This document shows, one piece after another, positions 18,968-26,832 of a DNA stretch of 62,463 bases (positions within the stretch are counted from its first letter, which is position 1; each line of letters opens with the position of its first letter). The notes beneath the pieces were generated by a model. That model was not told the DNA's origin. It did no database searches and saw only the letters and a list, made by a program, of their open reading frames with translations. A program made the position numbers and the translations under genes. The stretch is from a virus (lineage: Duplodnaviria; Caudoviricetes), in the IMG/VR virus record IMGVR_UViG_3300046780_000362, positions 1 through 62,463 of that record, one strand, 5' to 3'.

Positions 18968-19225
18968 ATGCAATACGTGATCGAAGTCAGAACCCCGGGC
19001 GACGCGAAGGCTACGCGATACGTGTGCGACAAGCGCGGCCGCGCACCGAGCTACGCTACGTTCGACCTCGTGTCGTCCGACGTGTGCACAGTCGCGCCCG
19101 ACATGGCGTTCGCCAAAGAAGTACGGAACGCGTTCGTGGCGTTCTGTAAGGCGCACCCCGAGACTGGGTACTCGCTCGATGGGAAGAAGATCGTGCTGGT
19201 TCCGTGGGCACGGGTGCGGCCGTGA
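18968..19225 (+). CDS. Hypothetical protein
   Basis: ORF after a sigma54 motif. Confidence 0.55.
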   Translation: MQYVIEVRTPGDAKATRYVCDKRGRAPSYATFDLVSSDVCTVAPDMAFAKEVRNAFVAFCKAHPETGYSLDGKKIVLVPWARVRP

Positions 19226-19596
19226 CCCGCCTCGTGATCGCGGGCGTGCCGAAGTCGGGGAAGACGACGCTCGCGAATTCGTTCGTGCGCCCGGTGTCGC
19301 GGCACTCTGACGACTTGATCGGTGCTCGTCCATGGTCATGGGTTTCCACCGAGGTCGCCACGTGGTTCGACGCCCCCGGCCCGTGGATCATAGAAGGCGT
19401 CGCGGCAGTGCGTGCACTTCGGAAATGGCTCGTCGCGCACCCCACAGGCAAGCCGTGCGACCGCGTGATCTGGCTAGACTTCCCGTGGTTCGCACTCACT
19501 CACGGCCAGGCTACCATGGCGAAAGGCTGTCGTACCATCTGGGATGGTGTGCGCCCGGCGCTCGTGGCACGCGGCGTGCACGTGGAGGAGTCATGA
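19222..19596 (+). CDS. Small P-loop NMP-kinase-like protein
   Basis: GVPKSGKTT, HSDDL, WIIEG. Confidence 0.65.
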   Translation: MTRLVIAGVPKSGKTTLANSFVRPVSRHSDDLIGARPWSWVSTEVATWFDAPGPWIIEGVAAVRALRKWLVAHPTGKPCDRVIWLDFPWFALTHGQATMAKGCRTIWDGVRPALVARGVHVEES

Positions 19597-19874
19597 ACCC
19601 CGCCCTAGTCCTCGCCATTCGCTCCCACGGATTCCACACCGCTGCGGTCATGCTAGAAGGCGCGAAGACGCCCGAGCACGAATTGCTAGCGCTCCGAATG
19701 GCGCTCGCCACAATCGAGGGGGCGTCACACGTGTTACGTACGCACGCCCGCGCGTTGCGAAATACGAGCGCCGCGCACGAGCGCGGACGACTCCGCGGCC
19801 TCGAAGCGGACATTACGATCCGGCTCGGGCAACTTTTGCGGGCGGCACGGAACGTGCAACGGGAGACGGCATGA
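19593..19874 (+). CDS. Hypothetical protein
   Basis: ATG overlaps the upstream stop. Confidence 0.45.
   Translation: MNPALVLAIRSHGFHTAAVMLEGAKTPEHELLALRMALATIEGASHVLRTHARALRNTSAAHERGRLRGLEADITIRLGQLLRAARNVQRETA
19843..19858 (+). promoter_or_regulatory. Sigma54 -24/-12 promoter
   Basis: CGGCACGGAACGTGCA; ATG at 19871. Confidence 0.5.
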
Positions 19875-20417
19875 ACAAGAAACGCCCGACGCTCACCGGC
19901 CTCGCCCCCGCTCGCGGTGCGTGCGCCCCTACCCGCCCGGGGCTCGTCGCCCCCAGCACGTACCGCGAGGGGCCTCGCCCCGCCGAACAGGTGATTGCCG
20001 CTTACACCGAACGCGTAGCGCTCCCGCGGCGTCGGGTGATCGCGTGAGTTGGTTCGAGCGGTACGATCTCGAGATCCTTGTTGCGCTCGTGATCGCCGCG
20101 GTGCTCGCGAGTGCTGTGTTCGGAGTGTGGGACCACGTGACGTGCGCGGAACGCGGACCCCCGCGCCAGGAAATGCAATACGTTTCGTGTGGCGATAACT
20201 GCCACATGTGGATGCCTGTAACCGTTTCGGATTGCGTCCGGAGAAAACCATGAACCAGTCACACCGACCCGCACCCAAGTTCTCGAACCCCGGGCGTCGC
20301 GCCCGCTTCTCGTTCATCACGCGCGACAAGGAAGGCAACGCCGTACGCGAGTGGCACCGCGAGATCCCCGTGGACGCGGCGCAGAGCAAGTCCCTTCGGG
20401 GAATGGTGCGGCCGTAG

Positions 20418-20750
20418 ATGACCCACACCACCGACACCACGGACGCGGACGCGCTCGCGAACATCCGGAATCCGGACTCGCGACGCGCGTTCGTGGCGCT
20501 GTACAATGACATGCGCGCCGCACGCCGCGCCTCCGGGCGCGTCGCGCGTAGCGCGCTCGCCCTCGCCTTCGTCGCCCCGATCATTCTGCGCAAGGCCGAG
20601 ACGGACGGACACCCGCCCGACGGGTGGACCAAAGTCATGATCTTGAACCACCTCCTCGCACAAGCAAACGGAACGTGGTGGGCCCCGGACGAGGTCGTGA
20701 CCGCGCTCGCGGACGCGCGGTGTTACGTACGGCCGACGGTGTCCGCGTGA
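20418..20750 (+). CDS. Hypothetical protein
   Basis: 110 aa ORF in the operon. Confidence 0.5.
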   Translation: MTHTTDTTDADALANIRNPDSRRAFVALYNDMRAARRASGRVARSALALAFVAPIILRKAETDGHPPDGWTKVMILNHLLAQANGTWWAPDEVVTALADARCYVRPTVSA

Positions 20751-20921
20751 GGCCCACCTCGGTCACGGTCGACATCAAGCGAGATCGTATGTACACCGGA
20801 TATTCAGAACCGCGTGGAGCATCCGTTACCATCGTTCTGGACTGTACCACTGAAGAGGCGGAGCTGTGTTACGACATGGTCTCACAGTGGCTATGCCGCG
20901 CGGAATCAGAAGACGAGCGGA

Positions 20922-20937
20922 TGGCACGGACCATGCA
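20922..20937 (+). promoter_or_regulatory. Sigma54 -24/-12 promoter
   Basis: TGGCACGGACCATGCA; ATG at 20950. Confidence 0.6.
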
Positions 20938-20949
20938 ACGTACCAAGGT

Positions 20950-21750
20950 ATGAAAAGCACCATGACCCGCACGAGACATTCCACCGCCACGAAGCTACGT
21001 GCCGTCGACCTCCCCGAGGCGTTCGCGCTCGCGACCGTCGCCACGGCAACGCGCAAGGCGCGCAACCCGCGCGACGACCGCCGCGCGCTCAACAAGGCGC
21101 TTCGCGTGGCGGCCGTGCTCGCGACGCTCGCCTTGGAGGCGTGCGGCGGGGCTGTGGCCACGAGTCCCGCACCAACCCCGTGCGACGACTACGCGGAGCG
21201 CCTCGTCGCCGCGGGGTGCGACCTACCCTCCGATCTCGCGGTCGGTATCGACTGCCCGGCGTACACCGCCAAGATCTCCGCGTGCGCCGCGGACGCGCAG
21301 TGCGCCGACGACATGTCGGTGCGAATGATAGAGGCATGTCACGGTGCGACCCCGCCCGAGTTCGTTCTGGCGGATCCATTCGTTCGGTACGCCGAAGACG
21401 CGTGCTCGTGCGCGGACCCCGGGCCGTGTAACGTCACCGAGATCGTGACGGCGTTGCGCAACGGTACGCCCGACGTCGCGTGCGTCGACGCGTACTCCAC
21501 GGCCATGGAAGAGCGCGTGTCGTGCAACGTCGTGCCTATGCCCACGTGCGAGATCTTCCCGGGCTCCGCGGCGGAGCGTTTCGCAAAGGCCGTGTGCGCG
21601 TGCCACGCCACGAGCGGTGACATGTGGTCCGGATGCTTTGACAACGCGCTAGGAGAGGTGCGCGGCGGTGACCCGCGGTGCCTGACCCAGCTTGCGATCG
21701 GGTACGAGTCGGATTGCTCGGGGCGTAGCGGAGGGGAGTGTGCGCCGTGA
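20950..21750 (+). CDS. Cys-rich lipoprotein
   Basis: Lipobox LEAC-GG followed by many regularly spaced Cys residues. Confidence 0.6.
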   Translation: MKSTMTRTRHSTATKLRAVDLPEAFALATVATATRKARNPRDDRRALNKALRVAAVLATLALEACGGAVATSPAPTPCDDYAERLVAAGCDLPSDLAVGIDCPAYTAKISACAADAQCADDMSVRMIEACHGATPPEFVLADPFVRYAEDACSCADPGPCNVTEIVTALRNGTPDVACVDAYSTAMEERVSCNVVPMPTCEIFPGSAAERFAKAVCACHATSGDMWSGCFDNALGEVRGGDPRCLTQLAIGYESDCSGRSGGECAP

Positions 21751-22040
21751 GAAGTATAGAAGATTGCGAGGTCTTGATCGGTGAGATCGTGGTCGCGCTT
21801 CGGGCCAGCCGTGTAAGCGTGGAGCAAGCCCGACAAGAGGCCGAACAAAAGTGCCCTAGCCCACTCCTTCCGGATAACGAGGAAACGTACAACGTGCAGG
21901 GCCGCGCGTATGAAGACGCACTAAGCCATGTGTCACTTGTTAAAGCCGCCAGCAAAGAGCTGCAAACGTGCCTCACGAACGCGCGCGCAGAGCTCGTGGC
22001 AGTGCGTGCATATTTGGCCGCGGGCGGTAGGTTCTCATGA
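21747..22040 (+). CDS. Hypothetical coiled-coil protein
   Basis: GTG overlaps the upstream stop. Confidence 0.5.
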   Translation: MRSIEDCEVLIGEIVVALRASRVSVEQARQEAEQKCPSPLLPDNEETYNVQGRAYEDALSHVSLVKAASKELQTCLTNARAELVAVRAYLAAGGRFS

Positions 22041-22090
22041 AACTCCGCGACTACGAAACCCGCGCCGTCCGCAACGTGCCCGCGCTCCAC

Positions 22091-22290
22091 GGCACGGCGT
22101 GGTAAGGCATGTTTTGGTCCGGCCAGGCAAGGCACTCCAGGGTTCGGCATGGCGCGGTCAGGTCAGGCGAGGCACGGCAAGGCGCGGCAAGGCACTCCAT
22201 GGTCAGGCAAGGCACGGCCGGGTTGGGCGCGACGGGGCAAGGCACACCAGGGCATGGCCAGGCGCGATAAGGCCGGGCATGGCACCCCCA
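22091..22290 (+). ncRNA. GGY-NN pentamer array 1 (4 units; putative guide RNA array)
   Basis: 40 in-phase pentamers, 33 starting GGY; delimiters GGCAC-TCCAG, -TCCAT, -ACCAG and -CCCCA end at 22140, 22200, 22250 and 22290. The repeat is certain; the RNA function is inferred. Confidence 0.7.
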
Positions 22291-22356
22291 AAATACTTTC
22301 GTAACTTATTCACGTAATACAGCCGCGGTCAAAGTACCGCAGAAGAGACACGTCAA

Positions 22357-22917
22357 ATGCAAACGTTCAAAGCAACGCTCACGGGTACGGCACCGCTCAT
22401 CATGCACAACGAACGCCTCGCGAACCCGCGCGACCCGCATACGCGGGCGCTGAAAGAACTCACGTCCGTTCGAAGCAAGACGGACGAGGTACTTGCTGAC
22501 ATTCAAAAAACCGAGTGGCGCGGAGGGCTGTACGAGTTCAACAAGCGCGCCGTCGTCCCCGCGGCGAACGTGCTCGCGTGCATCAAAGAGGGCGCGCGTA
22601 AGTTGAAGCAGGGGAAGGCGATCGCGTCCAGCGTGTTCTCGCTCGATGCGTTTTACGTGCTCACGTACGACGGCCCGACGGACTTCGAGGCGTTGTACGA
22701 TGACGGTCGTTTCTCCGACTATCGTTCCGTTGGCGTGAACCAGTCGCGCGTGATGCGCTCGCGCCCGATCTTTCCGGAGTGGTCGATCAAGATCTCGCTC
22801 GAGTTCGACGCGGACGTGGTGACTCCCGAAGTGCTTTCGCAGTCGCTCGACATTGCCGGCCGGCAGATCGGCCTCTGCGATCACCGTCCGCAATACGGCC
22901 GGTTCGTGGTGTCGTGA
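22357..22917 (+). CDS. RAMP/Cas7-like putative RNA-binding protein
   Basis: 186 aa; N-terminal strand LTGTAPLIMH, VPAANVLACIKEGAR, RSRPIFPEW, Gly-rich C-terminal loop AGRQIGLCDHRPQYGRFVV; lies between the two arrays. Confidence 0.7.
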   Translation: MQTFKATLTGTAPLIMHNERLANPRDPHTRALKELTSVRSKTDEVLADIQKTEWRGGLYEFNKRAVVPAANVLACIKEGARKLKQGKAIASSVFSLDAFYVLTYDGPTDFEALYDDGRFSDYRSVGVNQSRVMRSRPIFPEWSIKISLEFDADVVTPEVLSQSLDIAGRQIGLCDHRPQYGRFVVS

Positions 22918-23354
22918 TGGACGGCGGTGACGCACCGGTGCGACCGTGCCGGATCGAACTGCTCGCGAAGGGGCAGTACCTCCCGCCCGGCTACCTCGAG
23001 CACCGCTGGCGCCTCGTGCGTCAGACGCAAGCGTACCAGCTGCAGATGCGCGCATTGATCGATCGCATCCGAAGTGAACGCCCAGATCTCGCCGCACACG
23101 TGCGACAGGATCGCGACGGGATCCGTATCATGGAAGATCTCGAAGCGGACACGTACGATCACGATCGGCGGAGAATTCTCGTGCGACAACTTCGACGGTC
23201 GGCGAAACGTCGCGCGTCGATCGACCGTGCAAAGTTCTCGGCCGAGAGCCGTCGCGCGGCGGAGAACGAGGATCAAGTTGCGTCGGCGATCGCGGGGTCG
23301 TGTTCCGCGGCTGTGCGAGCTGCACGCCGCAAGCGATTGTTCGACGGCGATTGA
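22917..23354 (+). CDS. Accessory protein of the array locus (basic, helical)
   Basis: ATG overlaps the RAMP gene stop (TGATG); 145 aa, Arg-rich. Confidence 0.7.
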   Translation: MDGGDAPVRPCRIELLAKGQYLPPGYLEHRWRLVRQTQAYQLQMRALIDRIRSERPDLAAHVRQDRDGIRIMEDLEADTYDHDRRRILVRQLRRSAKRRASIDRAKFSAESRRAAENEDQVASAIAGSCSAAVRAARRKRLFDGD

Positions 23355-23383
23355 GTTTCGCCCCGGGGCTGGGCTATTTCCCC

Positions 23384-23914
23384 GGTTGGGCCCGGTAGGG
23401 CATGTCGGGGCGCGGCATGGCAGGGTTTGGCACTCCAGGGCTTGGCGCGGCAGGGCAAGGTGAGGTCTGTCGCGGCTGTGGTCGGGCAAGGCACTCTTTG
23501 GTACGGCGAGGTTGGGCCCGGTAGGTCTGGGTCGGGCGCGGCGAGGTTGGGCAAGGCACTCCGGGGCTAGGCGAGGCATGGCGCGGCCGGATGAGGCATG
23601 GCCCGGCAAGGCACTCCATGGTGAGGCGAGTCTAGGTCAGGCGCGGCGAGGTCTGGTTTGGCGAGGTCAGGCAGGGCACTCCGCGGTACGGTCTGGCTGG
23701 GCCCGGTAAGGTTGGGTTTGGCGCGGCGTGGCGTGGCACTCCGTGGCCCGGTTCGGCCCGGCGGGGCGGGGCGAGGCCTGGCGAGGCAAGGCACTCCATG
23801 GTTGGGCGAGTTCAGGCTGGGCACGGCTGGGCGCGGCTAGGTGTGGCGGGGCGCGGCATGGCGCTCCTCGGCGAGGCAAGGTTTGGCCGGGCGAGATCGG
23901 GCGAGGCCAGGCAA
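23384..23914 (+). ncRNA. GGY-NN pentamer array 2 (9 units; putative guide RNA array)
   Basis: 106 pentamers, 91 starting GGY, one 1-nt phase slip at about 23479; GGCRC-TCYNN delimiters start at 23429, 23490, 23555, 23610, 23675, 23735, 23790 and 23860. Confidence 0.7.
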
Positions 23915-23923
23915 GTTCTGAAA

Positions 23924-23959
23924 TGGCACGCGGTTTGCTTCATTGCAGATCGCGTGCCA
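23924..23959. promoter_or_regulatory. Pair of head-to-head sigma54 motifs
   Basis: + strand TGGCACGCGGTTTGCT (23924-23939); - strand TGGCACGCGATCTGCA (23944-23959). Confidence 0.55.
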
Positions 23960-23969
23960 TTGTTGCGTC

Positions 23970-24242
23970 GTGGCAAAAGACGCACTCGACGCACCCACCC
24001 CGCCCGTTGAACCGACCCGCCTCGAATCGCTCCGCGCGCGTCTGAAAGAAGTAGCGCCGGCCGTCAAGGTCGAGCGCCGGCCCGCCACCGCGGACACCGA
24101 GAAGGAGCCAGGCTCGAAGGCATGCGTGCTCGCCTCGTGGGGGCGCCATCGTGTCTCCGACGTTGCCGAGCAAGGTCGTGATCTCGATGCGTGCGAGTGC
24201 CGCGTGATCGCGGTCGTGATCGCGCATCACGAGGCATCGTGA
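23970..24242 (+). CDS. Hypothetical protein
   Basis: GTG after a sigma54 motif; coupled to the next ORF. Confidence 0.5.
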   Translation: MAKDALDAPTPPVEPTRLESLRARLKEVAPAVKVERRPATADTEKEPGSKACVLASWGRHRVSDVAEQGRDLDACECRVIAVVIAHHEAS

Positions 24243-24610
24243 GCTTGCCCGAGCACATTGCGCGGCGCGTACGACGCGACCCGTCTTTGATCCCGCTTCG
24301 GCTCGAACACTTCGCGCCGAACGAGATCCTTTTCCGCGCGGTGCCGAACGTCGAACACGGCACGCTGTGCGCCGCGTTCGGGCTCGACCCCGTCACGTTT
24401 TGGTTCGATGTTCCTGAATCCTTCCGGCGCGAGGGCTCGCAACGCGCGGGGCTCTCCGCGTCGCGTCGCGAGATCAGTGGCTTCGTGTTCCGTGGACCGA
24501 AGGGTAGCAACCCGGTCGCCAAGCTTTCGGTGTGTCGCGAGGGCGACAAGTTCCGTGATAGGGACCCCATGTCGCGCGCTGACTTCGAACGCCTCGGAGA
24601 GACGTTGTGA
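24239..24610 (+). CDS. Hypothetical protein
   Basis: GTG overlaps the upstream stop. Confidence 0.55.
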   Translation: MSLPEHIARRVRRDPSLIPLRLEHFAPNEILFRAVPNVEHGTLCAAFGLDPVTFWFDVPESFRREGSQRAGLSASRREISGFVFRGPKGSNPVAKLSVCREGDKFRDRDPMSRADFERLGETL

Positions 24611-24728
24611 CACCGCGCCACGTGCAAGGCATCAGGGTGGGCGACGCCGCGCCCCCGATCGCCGCGCTGGCGCGCGACAAGATTTTGGCCCCACCTCGGG
24701 GCCGCACCCAAAACACGGAGTCACCACA

Positions 24729-25331
24729 ATGTCCGAACCCGCACGCAAGATCAGCAATCCCTTCGCGAACGAAAAACCGGAGCGCGCCCCCCAGGTAGTC
24801 GCTCGAGTTACGAACATGCACGTGCGGCGCACGGGCATCGTTCCACTGTACATCGGAGCGAGCCGGATCATTCCGCTCCCCGACGGAAGCAAGCGCCAGT
24901 ACGAAGCCCGCGAGCTCCGAATCGAGGCGGCGCGCGCACAGCAGGACGGGCGCACGCTCAACGTCTCGGTCATGTGCTTCGAGCTCCGCCGCGTCTTCGC
25001 TACGTACGAGGACTTCGCCGGCGAACTGCCCCCGCTCGCGGACATGGTGAACGAAGGACTCGCGTTCACATGGGCGTACTGGTGTGAAGACAAGTACGAC
25101 CCGAAGAGCGTCGAGACCGCCGCGGCGCTCGGTGCCGAGATCAAGGCGTTGACCGCAGCGCACCGAAACCTCGTGGAGTCGATTGCCAAGATGAGCGACG
25201 TGGAAGAGATCATGAAGGCCCGCAAACGGGGCGACGAGATCAAGGCCATGATCGAGGAGTCGAAGAAGAAGAAGAAGATCGAAGAAGAGTCGATCATTGG
25301 CCTCATGAGCGATACGCCGTTCGAGGTGTGA
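24729..25331 (+). CDS. Hypothetical protein with coiled-coil C-terminus
   Basis: GGAG RBS; strong codon bias; directly before the portal gene. Confidence 0.65.
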   Translation: MSEPARKISNPFANEKPERAPQVVARVTNMHVRRTGIVPLYIGASRIIPLPDGSKRQYEARELRIEAARAQQDGRTLNVSVMCFELRRVFATYEDFAGELPPLADMVNEGLAFTWAYWCEDKYDPKSVETAAALGAEIKALTAAHRNLVESIAKMSDVEEIMKARKRGDEIKAMIEESKKKKKIEEESIIGLMSDTPFEV

Positions 25332-25341
25332 TCGGCGATCA

Positions 25342-26832
25342 ATGTCGGAAGGCAACTACGACGCGTTCCGTGGACACCCGCTCACCGGGCCCGGCGTAGT
25401 TGCGTCCAATCCGCTCGATCCGCAAACGCAGATCGGCGGAATGATCACGCCGGTGACAGACGATCCGGCGTGGCAAGCCCCGACAGACCCGCTCGCCGCC
25501 GGCGCGGACGTGCCCGGTGCCGCGAAACTGATCTTCCGCGAGATCCCGAACGTCAACGTTCAGCACGGGTGGTCCATCGCGCAGATCCGGATCGCGCTCA
25601 TTGCATTGAGCGCGGGGAACTTCGACCTTCCGGCACAGCTCGTGGACGCGCTCTTTTCCGATTCGCGAATTCAAGCGAGCCTCGCGTCGATCAACGGCGG
25701 ACTCTTCTCGCGGCCCATCACGTGGGAGATACCGCCCGGACTCGAGAACGACGAACAGGCGATCGCGTGCCTCGCGGCGTGGCAAGACGCGTGGCCCGGG
25801 ATCGGCACCGAAGCCGCCCTGTCGGACGCCATGGCGTGGGACGTGCTGCTTGGTTTCTGGTGCGCGCAGATCCTGTGGGACACGTCGGGCGACGTGTGGA
25901 TCCCGCAGATCTCCCCGTGGCACGCGCGTTATACGTACTACCATTGGACGCTCCGCCGGCTCATTGCGAGCACGATGGACGGCCAGGTGGTGATCGAACC
26001 GGGCGACGGAAAGTGGATCTTCCACGCACCACACGGCGAATACCGGGGGTGGATGCGCGGCGCGATTCGCTCCGTCTCCCCGTGGTGGCTCGCGAGAAAC
26101 TACGCGCTCCGCGACGCGGCCCGCTACTCCGAACGTCACGGCTTTCCGATCACGAAGGCATGGACCCCGTTCGGTGCGGACCCGATCGCGATCAACGATT
26201 TCCGCAACACGCTCCGCCGGCTCGGCCAAGAGACGGTCGCACAGCTACCGCGCTCGGCAGATCCAAAAGTCGGTGAGTACGATATCGAATACCTCGAGGC
26301 GAAAGACCAGTCGTGGGAGGTGTTCTTCAAGTTGATCGAGCAGTGCAACATGGAGATCACGCTCGCCATTCAGGCGCAGAACCTCACGTCAGAGGTGAAA
26401 GAGGGGTCCCTCGCGGCGGCGCGCGAACACGGCGACGTGAAGCAGACGCTCCTGCAGTCGAAGGCGCGCGGTTTCTGTCGGACGCTGTACACGCAACTCG
26501 CGCGACCGTTCGCCGCGCTGAACTACGGGCGACCCGAGATCGCGCCGCGGCCGAAGTGGGACATCAAGCCGGTAGACGATAAGAAGACGCTGGCGCTCGC
26601 ACTCCTGAACTTGGCACAGTCGCTCAACTACCTCCGCGTCGCGGGCAAGCAAGTGAAGGACGTACGCGCGCTTGCTGCGCAATTCGGGCTCGACCTCGGC
26701 GAACTCGAGGACGTGGTACCGCTACAAGTGGACGTAGCGACGGCGCGGGTCGATGGCACGACACCGCCGGTCAAGTCAGACTCAACTAGCGACGACGAGT
26801 CCGACGACAAGAAAAACGAGAATGAAAACTAA
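25342..26832 (+). CDS. Portal protein (DUF935/Mu gp29-like)
   Basis: 496 aa; YSERHGFP, QNLTSE..GSLAAAREH; first gene of the head module. Confidence 0.85.
   Translation: MSEGNYDAFRGHPLTGPGVVASNPLDPQTQIGGMITPVTDDPAWQAPTDPLAAGADVPGAAKLIFREIPNVNVQHGWSIAQIRIALIALSAGNFDLPAQLVDALFSDSRIQASLASINGGLFSRPITWEIPPGLENDEQAIACLAAWQDAWPGIGTEAALSDAMAWDVLLGFWCAQILWDTSGDVWIPQISPWHARYTYYHWTLRRLIASTMDGQVVIEPGDGKWIFHAPHGEYRGWMRGAIRSVSPWWLARNYALRDAARYSERHGFPITKAWTPFGADPIAINDFRNTLRRLGQETVAQLPRSADPKVGEYDIEYLEAKDQSWEVFFKLIEQCNMEITLAIQAQNLTSEVKEGSLAAAREHGDVKQTLLQSKARGFCRTLYTQLARPFAALNYGRPEIAPRPKWDIKPVDDKKTLALALLNLAQSLNYLRVAGKQVKDVRALAAQFGLDLGELEDVVPLQVDVATARVDGTTPPVKSDSTSDDESDDKKNENEN

Noticed and set aside
22091-23914. 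Canonical CRISPR array or simple microsatellite
   Set aside because: No 23-50 bp identical repeats with unique spacers and no cas1/cas2; the NN diversity and delimiters do not fit a slippage microsatellite
21928-24097. Many short ORFs in several frames across the GGY-NN arrays (Gly/Arg/Ala- or Pro-rich)
   Set aside because: By-products of a 5-nt GC-rich periodicity; no RBS or codon bias, and a period of 5 does not fit a coding repeat
24545-24571. Possible gapped self-target of the last array unit (GA AA TT CG GA CG GA CA AA versus GAc AAg TTc CGt GAt AGg GAc CCc ATg)
   Set aside because: Only 15 of 18 positions match, which is roughly what chance gives over 13 units and two strands of 62 kb
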